Below are positions 1 through 10,943 of a stretch of 64,000 bases of DNA, in pieces (positions within the stretch are counted from its first letter, which is position 1; each line of letters opens with the position of its first letter). The position numbers and the translations under genes were made by a program. Below the pieces are notes generated by a model. It was not told the origin of the DNA, did no database searches, and worked only from the letters and a program-made list of their open reading frames with translations. The DNA comes from Mobula hypostoma. Its lineage: Eukaryota. The stretch is from contig NC_086097.1 in the NCBI RefSeq assembly GCF_963921235.1, forward strand, positions 41,604,001-41,668,000, given 5' to 3'.

Positions 1-1097
1 TTTGTATGTCTGGACCAAATTACCTCACAATCAATGCCAAGTGAACAACTGTGTCGCAGAGTAGTAATACCACACCTAAAACCTGTGCCATAGGTGAAAC
101 TGTGGACAATGAAGGTTATTCTGTGACCTTGATAGGGAATGGTGTGAAAATTGGCACAAATCACAGTCTCTTTTAGCAAAATAACTTCAGGTGACTGGAA
201 AAGCAAGTTCTTGATCTGAACAATCATCAAGATTGTTCCTGCATTCTCTTCTTTTCTGCTGTGCTGCAAGCCAGAGTGAAGATTAAACAGTTCCCACCCT
301 GGAAGTCTCAGAAAAATCCGTGGAATCACTTCAGTACAATGGATGACCTCAATTAGACTGACATAGTCAATGACTCTGGATGCTCACAGAAATGTGGAAC
401 AGATGAAGTGTGCTGCAAGGTCACCTGATTAAAAACTGTGCTCCATGGCTATTTTGAGAATTACTTGCAGTGCAAAGAAAGGGCAAAACTCCAAAACAGA
501 CTCAAGCAACTTGTAGAGAAATTCATCATTTTCGGTAAGGACTGGGAGAATGATGCTCATAGATGTCATTCTGGTGAAATTGTGTCAAATAGTATGTCAT
601 CGCCACTGAGAACCACCAGCGAGCCCAGAACAAGGTTTATATCAGAGTCTGATAGCAGCCATACTCCATCCTCCTGGCCAGCCAATCTGGGAAGGTTTGC
701 AACTTACACACCAGCCTCTTTTCCTGCACTCCTAACTCAAGCTGCAGCTGTGGATTTGTGTCATAACACCTGACGATTCTGTCTCATTACTTCACAGGGT
801 GTTTCATAGATTGAGAAATGTTCACAGTCAATATATTTGGTGGAATTGTCCTTTGAAATTGCACTTGCACTGAAGTGGCAAAGCTTGGCAGATGGAGACA
901 TAAATCGTGTTTTTTATTGTGGGTTCCTCACAAAGAATAACCTTTTTGTGATTCCTATTTGTTCATTGCAATTCACCCACGCTTCACATGTTGCCGTACT
1001 GAGCAGCCTTGAGGGCCCACTCGTGCTCTTATTTCTCACATCTTGCCTGCTGGTGACAGTACAAAAGGCTCAGTTCCATTTAAATACAAAGTAAATT

Positions 1098-2650
1098 AAT
1101 ATTGTCAAAGTACATATCTGTCACCACATACAACCCTGAGGTTCACATTTTCTTGCTGGCATTCACAATAAATAAAAGAAAAACAAGGGAGTCAATGAAA
1201 GACTGAAGACAGCCCCCCAAACAATCAATGTGCAAAAGACAACAAACTACGCAAATGCAAAAAGAAAAGAAGGGTAATAATAATAATAAGAATAAGCAAT
1301 AAATATTGAGAACATAGGATGAAGAGTCCTTCAAAGTGAGTCCATAGATTGTGGGAACAGTTCAGTGATGGGGTGAGTGAAGTTATCCCCTCTGGTTCAA
1401 GATCCCGTTGGGAGAGGTGTAATAACCGTTCCTGAACCTGGTAGTGCCGGTCCTGATGTGCCTGTACCTTCTTTCTGATGGCAACAATGAGAAGAGAGCA
1501 TGAGCTGGGTGGTGGGGGTCCCTGATGATGGATGCTGCTTTCCTGCAACAGTGCTCCATGTAGATGTGCTCAATGGTGGGGAGGGCTATACCCGTGATAG
1601 ACTGGGCCGTATCCAGTACTTTTCGTAGGTTTTTCCATTTAAGGGCATTCGTGTTTCCATTCCAGGCTGTGATGCAACCAGTTAGTGTGATCTCCATCAC
1701 ACATCTACAAAAGTTTGTCAAAGGTTTGAATGACATAGTATTACTTTATTGATCCCGAGGGAAATTGATTTTTGTTACAGTTGCACCTTAAATAATTAAA
1801 TTGTGATAAAACCATAAATAATTAAATAGTAATATGTAAATTATGCCAGGAAATGTCCAGGACCAGTCTATTGGCTCAGGGTGTCTGACCCTCCAAGGGA
1901 GAAGTTGTAAAGTTTGATGGCCACAGGCAGGAATAATTTCCTATAACGCTCTGTGTTGCATCTCAGTGGAGTGAGTCTCTGCACATGCAGAACCTTTGCA
2001 AACTTGTAAGATACCAAAGGCACTGTCATGCTTTCTTCATAATGCCACTTAAATGCTGGACCCAGGACAGGTCCTCCGAAATGATAACACCAAAGAGTTT
2101 GAAGTTGCTGACCCTCTCCACCTCTGACATCTCTGATCCCCTGATGAGAACTCGCTTATGGACTTCTGGTTTCCTCCTTCTTGAAGTCAAAAATCAATTC
2201 CCTGGTCTCATTGACATTGAGTGAAAGGTTTTTGTTATGGCACCACACAGTCGGATTTTCAGACTCCCCCCCCTATATGCTGATTCATCACCCCCTTTGA
2301 TTTGGCCAATGACAATGGTGTCATCAGCAAGTTTAAAATGGCTTTGGAGCGGTGCTTAGCCACACTGTCGTAAGTATAGAGTTAGTAGAGCAGGGAACTA
2401 GGCACACAGTCGTGTGGACCTGTGCTGTTGAAGACTGTGAAGGAACTGTTGTTGTCGATCTGAACTGACTGTGGTCTGCAAGAGAGGAAAACAAGGATCC
2501 AGTTGTCCAAGGAAGTCTTGAGGACAAGGTCTTGAAGCTTATGATTAGTTTGGACGGGATGATGGGATGATAGTAATGAATAATGAGCTGTTCATCATTG
2601 AAGAGCATCCTGACGCGTGCACCTTTGCTGTCCAGATTTTCCAGGGTTTC
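1098..2650 (-). mobile_element. Rex1/Babar-clade LINE, 5'-truncated and decayed (RT C-terminus plus 3'UTR), interrupted at 1737-1981
   Basis: ORF 1383..1736 (LTNFCRCVMEITLTGCITAWNGN...RKAASIIRDPHHPAHALFSLLPS.RRYR) and ORF 2333..2731 (LENLDSKGARVRMLF.D...IIPSKL) match the Rex1-type RT pattern. The same family recurs at 36.6 kb and 48.2 kb. Confidence 0.85.
1737..1981 (-). mobile_element. 3' end of a second Rex1/Babar family, nested in the first
   Basis: The reverse strand reads RLTPLRCNTERYRKLFLPVAIKLYN, similar to the end of the element at 61770-62510. Its tail matches 29800-29850 in reverse. The host reading resumes after the insert, with ACAT on both sides. Confidence 0.75.
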
Positions 2651-2964
2651 CTGATCCTGAACTGTCAGGGACCCTGTGGTGGCTGCACATGCATTAGCTT
2701 CCCCACATAAAGCAAAGTCACACACAGGCATTCTCCATTAAGGAAATGACCCCTAAGGAGAACATCATACTCAACTCGCGTGATCACACTGCAATTACAA
2801 TCATGAATTTCCCACTGATATTCACTAATACTTGGTTGATTGTCAATAATCCTTCATGTATTAGTGAATATAAGTGGCATAGAGAGCAAGACGACCGGGG
2901 ATCTTTCTCTGCTGCAGCCTTCCTCCACCTTCACTGCCATTACGATGTGACATCAGCTTCTTCC

Positions 2965-3090
2965 ATCTCCACCGTCGAGGTCTGAGTTGGGTCACCCTTT
3001 CTCCGGAACCTGCCCCTTGACGGGGACCCTAGCAGGAGCTTAGCTCCAGACCGCATCACCCTCGGAACCTCGTGAACTCGCAAGTCGAAG
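2965..3090 (-). mobile_element. Possible 5'UTR fragment of an RTE-clade (Expander/Rex3-like) LINE
   Basis: GC-rich patch. The reverse strand ...GTCTGGAGCTAAGCTCCTGCTAGGGTCCCC... resembles, from memory, the 5' leader of fish RTE elements. Confidence 0.4.
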
Positions 3091-4214
3091 GCGTGCTAGA
3101 GAGACTATTGTAATTATTATGAGAACGAACAGGCGTTTTATTTGTAGCAGAGGATGCAGGCGTGAAATTTCAACCTGACTGGAGGTTTTGAGCATGTTAT
3201 CAATGCTGATATTTCAGTTGTATGCTAGAGGAATGCTGTGTGGCTGGGCGCTGCTACGAAAAGTTAAATCAAACCATTGTCTGCCTGTGCAAGGAGGCAG
3301 AGATAACAAAACATTTTCCTTAAGGGCACCTGGTCATTAAGTATTGCCGACATACAGGATTTCTGATTATTCTATTTATTATTGTAGGGTGTACCTGTGG
3401 GTAATTTAACTTTCCAAAAATTTGGCTACAAAACCATAAGTAGAATTCATAATTCTTTGGTTGTGAAACATTTTGAGGAAGTGGCTGTATGAGAATGTAA
3501 TCTCTTCTTTCCAAAGCAGTTTCAGTTCTGAATTCAAATATAAATGTATTGGTCATTGCAGACTGAAGAGGAATGAGTGAACTAGACAGGTTCAAATTGA
3601 AATGGAGTGGCATAATAGGCCAGGTTTATTAAAAGAAATGCTCCGATGTAGCACATTGCTTCTTGGGAAATGATTTCTGGAACAGTGTTCAAATTTGCTC
3701 CTGGTCGATGAGAGGTCTTCAGGATTCTAAATTGCTTTGGGCAATTTAACACTACACAACAGTGGCTGTGAGTCCACTTCAATACATTCTGATATTTGAG
3801 ACTAATAAGGTTAGCATTACTTCAAATGGAAGAATCAATGTGTTTTGGTATTAGGTGTCCCACAAAAATGGAATCTTTGGCACTTTAAGCAGGATAAAAT
3901 GAACATAAAATCAGACATAAGAAATTTGGGAAGGTGGTGTTACTAGTAAGGAAAATATGCCTTTCATCATTTACTGCCATTGCAAGCATAAAATGCACTT
4001 CCTAGGCTATTTTAGAAGCATGTACCTTGCAAGGTTAACTTCTCACTGGGAGCACAGATTTGCCATACAAGCAAGTTTTATAGAGCTTGAAGTTTGAAAG
4101 TACAGCCTTTTCATGCAGGTGATTTGTATATCACCCATTGAATGTGAATTTCTTAAATTCTATTTTGGTGTTTGTTTTACAATGTTTCCTTTAACGTCCT
4201 CTTAGAAAATTATG

Positions 4215-7200
4215 ATAGAGTTGTGCAGCACAGAAACAGGGACCTCAGCCCATCATATTCGTACCGACAATCAGGCCTGTCTACAGTAATCCCACTTGCC
4301 TGGATTAATTCCATATCACTCTATGCACATTTAAGTACCTGTCCCAATTTCTCTTAAGTGTCATTACTGTTTCTGTCTCCACCACCTTTTTTGGCTGCTC
4401 GTTGCAGATGCCAATTATTCTTTGTATGAAATTTTACCCCTCAAGTGCCCTTTAAACCATCTCTCTCTCACCAATGCCTTCTAGTTTATGAACAGCCCTG
4501 GTATAGGAAACAGACACTAGCCATTGACCCCATCTCACAACTGTATACACTTCCATCATGTCACCTCTCAGTCTCATTCATTCCAGGGAAAGCAGGCCCG
4601 GCTCATCCAATCTCTCTTTATGATTTCATTTTGCCAATCCAGGCAACATGCTTGTGAATATTTATGTAACTGCTCAAGCTTAATCAGGTCTTTCCTATAA
4701 TATGGCAACCAACACTGCGCACAATATTCTAAGTACAACCTAACAAGTGTTAGGTACAATTGCAACATGACATCCCGATTCTTGTACTCAATGCCTCAGT
4801 TCATGAAACAAGTATAACACAGTATGCCTTCACTCTGACCCTCTCTACCTATGTTGCAAATTTTAGGGATTAAGTACTCTCTGTTCTACTATGTGTATGT
4901 CCTACCCTGATTTAACTTCCCAAAATGCAATGTTCCACACTTACCGAGTTAAATTGTATCTGCCATTATTTTGACTATCTTCCAGTTGATCCATATCCCA
5001 TTGTAACTTACACAACCTTTTGAGTGCAATGTGCCAATAATTTTGTTGTTACCTGCAAACTTACTTGCCATACGACCTCAATTCTCATCCAAGGCATTCA
5101 TTCATATGACAAACAACAGGGATTACTGATCACAGGCTGAGAAACAGCTCTTCACTACCACCCTCCGTGTCCTACCAGAAAGACAATTTAAAGCCCCGCT
5201 GAACTCTATGTAAACATCTCCTGCCCTTGTCAATCCCCTTGGTCATATTTTCAAACCGCTCTATCAAATTTGTGGGACATGATTTCCCAGTATGTTGACT
5301 ATCCCCAATCAGTCCTTGCCTTTTCAAATGTAAATAATTTCTGCCTCCCAGGATCCATTACAGTGACATTCCCACCATTGCTGAAAGGCTCACTGGCCTG
5401 TAATTTTCAGGGTTATCTCTGATGCCCCTCATGAATAAAATCACAATATGATCAATCCTCCCATAACTCACCAGTGGATAGTGAGGATAGAAAAATTTTC
5501 TGCCAGGGCTCCAACAGTCTCCATTTTTTTTTCTTCCCATGGCATTTGACTGAGGCTTGGGTATTATTCACTAACATGCATTTCAAACTCCACTGCCTCA
5601 CCCTCGTAAAGTTGATATGCTCTAGGATAGCACTGTTTCCTCCCCTGAATGCATTTGCTTTCATGCCCTTCTCCATGATAAATACAGAAGAGAAATATTT
5701 ATTTAAGACCTTCCCTATTTCCTCTGGCTCTGCACATACGAGCTTCTCTATCCCTAACTAGCCTTTGGCTCTTAATGTACCTATCAAATCTTCTGTGATT
5801 CTCATTTATCGGATCTCCCAAGAATACAATATTTTGTGGCCCCTTTCTGCCCTCCTAATTTCTTTAAGTATTCTCTTACATTCTTATACTCCTCAAGGGA
5901 CTTGCTTAATCCCAGCTGACCATACCTGATATATGCCTCCTTTTTTCCTGACCAGATCCTCAATATTCCTTGTCTAACAGGTTTCCTTAATCTTGCCAGC
6001 CTTTCTCTTCATTCTAACAGGAACGTACTGGCACTGACTTCATTGTCTCATTTTTAAAAGCCTCATTCTTGCTAGACTTACCTTCACTTGAGAGCATCCT
6101 CTCTTAATTGGCCTTTTTCAAATAGCTGCTGTAACTTCCGCTAATGCCCCACCTCCCCCTCGTATCCCATCCGTTATTTATTTATATACACACATTCTTT
6201 CTCTCTCTCTCTCCTTTTTCTCCCTCTGACCCTCTGACTATACCCCTTGCCCATTCTCTGGGTTTTTCTCCCCCTCCCCTTTTTCCTTCTCCCTGGGCCT
6301 CCTGTCCCATGATCCTCTCATATCCCTTTTGCCTATCACCTGTCCAGCTCTTGGCTCCATTCCTCCCCCTCCTGTCTTCTCCTATCATTTTGGATCTCCC
6401 CCTCCCCCTCCCACTTTCAAATTTCTTACTAGCTCTTCCTTCAGTTAGTCCTGATAAAGGGTCTTGGCCTGAAACGTCGACTGTACCTCTTCCTAGAGAT
6501 GCTGTCTGGCCTGCTGCGTTCACCAGCAACTTTGATGTGTGTTGCTTGAATTTCCAGCATCTGCAGAATTCCTCGTGTGATGCCATCAAAATTAGTTTTC
6601 CCCCATTTTAGGTATTCAACTCTATGGCGAATCTTACCTTTTGCCATGGCTATCTTGAAACTAATTTAATTATGCTCACTATCCCAAGTGATCCCCCACT
6701 GAGACATTAGACATTTGCCCAGCCTCATTTCTGAAGAGGATGCCTGATAAGGCTATTCATATATATTTTTCAGAAAACTTTCCTTGACACACGTATGACA
6801 CACTTAAAAACAATGCCCTATCAAATCCTTTAGCACTAAATCCTTCACATTTAATGTCAGAGAAGGTTTTAACTTTGGTGACTGTTGCTGACTTATGATT
6901 AGAATCTAATTATTCCTCAACTATTTGATTAACCCGAATTTATCTGCTTAACCTGCCTCTGTCTATTGGAATTGTCTGCTTTAACTTTTATTTCATCTTT
7001 ACCTTCATCTGATGAACTTCTACTTTGGATCTCACATTCCTGCTCCTCCACACCATCTCCCCCTACCCCACCTGTCAAACCAGACTAGTTCAAATCTTCC
7101 TGAGTAGCACCAGCAAAATTCCCCAAAAGGATATTCAAACTTCACCCCGTCACATTTTTTTTTAAAAAAGTGGAACAGAAAATGCAGCAATCCCTCATTT

Positions 7201-7710
7201 TCTTTCAATACAGCAATCTTGCCCTTAGTTCCTCTATCTTGTTCTCCGGTGACTACATTAGCTAACAAATTGGTAGGAAGGTAGTCTCATACCCCAACGC
7301 TTTAGTCTGGCTTGAAGTCCACCCCTCTTTTCCAGTGATGGCCAGCCTCCAAGGTGTCATACCTGCCTTCCTGAGTCAAGTTCGCCGAATTCTTTACCCA
7401 AAATTGTTAGTTCATTTCAACAGTTCAAAAGTACACTCCTTAAAGGGATATTACAGGCTGCAGATTGTGGTGATCATAGTTCAGAGGTATATCTAGTAGA
7501 ATATTTTGTAGTTTTGTGAGCTGCCCGCAAAAAGTTGCCACGTGCTAGCAGTGCCATCTTGGTTTGGGTGGAACCCATCCCTCGTGTACTGGTCACCTCT
7601 GCCCCAAAAAAGCCCTGTGGTCCAAGTGGCTGACACACTGTCCCCCATCCGCACCAGCTCTTCAGCCATGTATCCCCTTTGTCCCGTGCTCCTACTCCTA
7701 GTCACTAGCA
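4215..7710 (-). mobile_element. Old, heavily decayed near-full-length CR1 LINE
   Basis: Fragments in the expected order: LYLTLVRLYLEYCAQCWLPYYRKD (4574..4768), RDNPENYRPVSL (5358..5540), and an ORF1 esterase remnant LFWGRGDQYTRDGFHPN (7493..7711). Confidence 0.8.
6132..6577 (+). mobile_element. 3' terminal repeat of a Penelope-like element, inserted in the CR1
   Basis: Near-identical to the reverse complement of about 52920-53360. Contains a hammerhead motif at 6447-6482 with a CTGATAA core variant. Confidence 0.9.
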
Positions 7711-8348
7711 TGGTGACACAAGGAGGTTTGAACTTACAGGACTGATCTTTATTGTCTGTTTATATAGCTGATTTTCGAAGGCATTCGGGGGCCTGGTATA
7801 GAGGGAGATATTGCAATCGATGACATAACTGTAACAGAAGGGCAGTGTCGGAAAATGGATCAGCCTCGCAACAGTAAGTACAATTTGTTGGAAACAAAAA
7901 CCAGCACTTCCATAGTTTTAAAACATGGCTAAATCATTGAATTAGCAACTAGTATTTATAGCTGAAATAATATTGTTGTGATTCAGGCATTTTGATACAT
8001 GATCTCAGCCTATTGAAGTTTAATTTTTGGAAGTCTGATTCAGTTAATGTAATATTTGTTACAAGGAGCCCAAGCTGTGCAGCAGATTTTCTAGGGCTTT
8101 GGTTATTTATTCTCTGCCCTCTCCACACCACACACTCATTAAAATACAACTTCAAACGGGGAAATAAGGCTGTTTGATAAATGTCCTGATTTTTGTTTCC
8201 TTTGAAGTAAATGAAAATAAAATTCAGGAGTAATGTTAGATGGCTGTTGCCTGCATCAAAGTATTCCAGGTCAGGAGCTGATCCTTTGTCTTCTTCCAAT
8301 TATGTTCCATTCGAGAAACCATTATGATTTTTTGGTTTGATTTTGATT

Positions 8349-8607
8349 TAGAGTTACAGTGTGGAACAAGCACTTTTGGCTTAATGAGCTGTGCTGCACA
8401 GCAACCCACCTATTTAACATTAGCCTAATTACAGGACAATTATAACGACCAATTAACCAGTATGTCTTTAGACTGAGAGAGGAAAGCAGAGCACCCAGCG
8501 TAAACCCACCCATTCACGGAGAGGATGTACAAACTCCTTACGGAGGATGCCAGAATTGAACTCTGAACTCCGATGCCCCAAGCTGTAGCTACACTGCCAA
8601 GGTGCCC
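8349..8607 (-). mobile_element. tRNA-derived V-SINE (HE1-like)
   Basis: Reverse strand shows a B-box-like GAGTTCAATTC, a V-SINE-like core (GGGTTT..CTGGGTGCTCTGCTTTCCTC..CAGTCTAAAGAC) and a CR1-like tail. Confidence 0.75.
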
Positions 8608-9196
8608 TAATTTCTAGTATTTCTACTACACTAATTTATTTATTCATTCTTGGGCTATGGACAACACTGGCAATCATTTCACTCTTACCTACTTCCTCCG
8701 TTCAGGAACAATCACATCAAGGTCTCCTTTAGGTACGTATTAGCTGGACCAGGTAAGAACTTTAATGAAAAGTAGAAATCATTGAACAAACTATTTTGAG
8801 TCTTTTAGAGGATGTGACAGTCACTTATACCTCTGCCTCTTTCTTTGTTATTTATCAGTGCCATGTACCTTGTAAGTACATAAAATGTGTGATTCTTGTC
8901 ATTCTGATGTCCAAAGTGGTGTTGCTGTTTCAGTGCATGTCAGCCATTGTGTCATGAACTGACAGACAAACTGTAATCTGATGAAAGCTCATTGTATTTG
9001 CTTCTCAATAATTGACATAGAAGTCATACATTTGATTGCACTATGTGGCAGTATTTTGTACCTAACAAAATTACTGCTTGGAATTCTATAAAGTTCATAC
9101 CAGGCTCATATTGATGCCATTATTTCTATTATGCAGATTAGTGTAACAGAACTGTATAAAGTACACAGTGCACAAATAGGATATTTTGTCCACCTA

Positions 9197-9495
9197 TCAG
9201 AATCAATATCAGGTTTAATATCACTGGCATCGATATCACTGGCGTGAAATTTGTTATTTAGCAGCTGCAGTACATTGCAATACATAATAAATAAAAACTA
9301 TAAATTGAAAAAAGAAATATATATTCAAAATTTGAATTAAATAAGTAGTGCAAAAGAGAAAATATAGAGAGGTGCTGTTTGTTGTCCTTTCAGAAATCTG
9401 ATGGCGCAGGGGAAGAAGCTGTTCCTGAAACGGTGAATGGGTGTCTTCAGGGTCCTATACGTCCTCCTTGATGGTAGCAATGAGAAAAGGGCATA
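9197..9495 (-). mobile_element. Rex1/Babar LINE 3' end fragment
   Basis: GGAAGAAGCTGTTCCTGAA...GATGGTAGCAATGAGAA is the antisense of the HxLFSLLPS.R...FRNSFFP end, similar to 1420-1500. Confidence 0.7.
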
Positions 9496-10822
9496 TAATT
9501 TGTTTTCTTTTCAAGATTTCATTTAACCCAAGTTGGAAGACTTGTTCATGTCTGCAACGAACCACAATGGATCCAAGTTTATTGGTTACAAGCATAACAG
9601 ATTTACTAAGTAAAGAAGATGTAGTTAACAAAGATGATAGTCAGAGTCAGTTCTTCAGAGTCCAGGGATCTGCAGACTCCTTGCTTAATGGTATTGGTCC
9701 ATGCTATATGAAAGATTGGGGACCCTACTTTAGCACTATCAATCAGAAAGTATTAACCTTGCATTTTATACACTCAGGTCCTTCAAATTGCTAAGTACTT
9801 GTGGTTCACTTCTAGCAAGTTGTCATCCAGTACCTTCTGATTTCATTAATGATAATTCCATCACCATATTGTGGACTGATTCTTTCCAAGGAAGGGAACT
9901 CTGGCAGCTGGATAAACCTATCAAAATAATTCACAAAATAATCAGAAAACATTAGATAAAAGACCATGCTTAGAATCAACTTGCACAGCTCAACAACCCC
10001 TTCAATGAGAAAAATGTTCCTGCTTCTCTTTTAAATAGTAAAAGAGCCTTAAGAGTGCACGCTGAAAAGACTGGTTTGCTAAAGGCTACTAAAACTCGCT
10101 GAAATATTTGACCTCACCCGAACTATAAATTAGTGATTTAAACAAAATTCTTCATATAACATAGTTAGTTACTTCAGCACTGTGTTCAGGGGTAATGTAA
10201 GTAAACTGGCAGCAGTATTTCTAAAGGACAACTGTGACTACATTTCAAAGGGAAATGATTGGCACTTTAGGAAGCAATGAAGCCATGAAGGGTTCTGTAT
10301 AAATGCAAGTACGCTTATTTTGATTTTCAATCTTTATTCTTTCTACAAGAAGTTGTATGTTATCAGTGTTTAACAATTCAAGAACAAAGAAGTTCTAAGA
10401 GAGCTCTGGGTAGAACCAACTAATAGTATTATCAGCAATTCTAAATTATCCCATTTTATCAGGTGTTCTTTTAAAACAACAGTCCCAACTGGTACCTGGA
10501 TGGAAGCAAAATTGAAAGGCTGTGTAAAAGTTAGGCACATTAGACAGCCACAAAAGTCCATTCTGCACTCCATGAAGATAACCTTTCCTTCCCAATCCCA
10601 AAGTCTGTACTTCTAGCACTGTAAGTTTTGAATATTTAATCAAGTATTCCATTCTCTCCTTTATGTGAAAAGCATATGTTGGTGGAATTCATTTATTGAC
10701 TTCTGATATATAACTACTCAAAATGAGAAATTGTAGGGTAGAAAGCTGCTATTGATTATTTAATAGAAACAATGATTATTTAAAGTAATGTAGACTTGAA
10801 ATGGTCTTGCTTTTAAGAAATT

Positions 10823-10851
10823 TACTAATTTATATTTCTTTCTTAACCTAG
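10823..10851 (+). promoter_or_regulatory. MDGA2: Branch point and 3' splice acceptor of the MDGA2 terminal exon
   Basis: TACTAAT at 10823-10829, then pyrimidine tract TTTCTTTCTTAACCT, then AG at 10850-10851. Confidence 0.8.
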
Positions 10852-10943
10852 ATTTGAAAACTGGTGGTGCAGTCTCTGTATTGATACATATATGGCTGTT
10901 TTCAATCACACTTCTCATCGCCATGTTAAGCCATCGAAGGTGA
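10852..10943 (+). CDS. MDGA2: Last coding exon (phase 1) of MAM domain-containing GPI anchor protein 2
   Basis: Translates as xLKTGGAVSVLIHIWLFSITLLIAMLSHRR* (TGA at 10941-10943): small residues followed by a hydrophobic GPI signal. It closely matches the human MDGA2 C-terminus as I recall it (...[26 protein letters not shown]). It has a canonical acceptor, and no upstream MAM-domain exon was found in the window. Confidence 0.85.

Noticed and set aside
438..773. 111-aa ORF at the window start
   Set aside because: GTG start, no recognisable domain, no MDGA-like (Ig/FnIII/MAM) motifs; probably a chance intronic ORF.
6144..6611. Hydrophobic 155-aa ORF (and similar ones at 30175 and 49690)
   Set aside because: Translation of the CT-rich Penelope 3'UTR, not a membrane protein.
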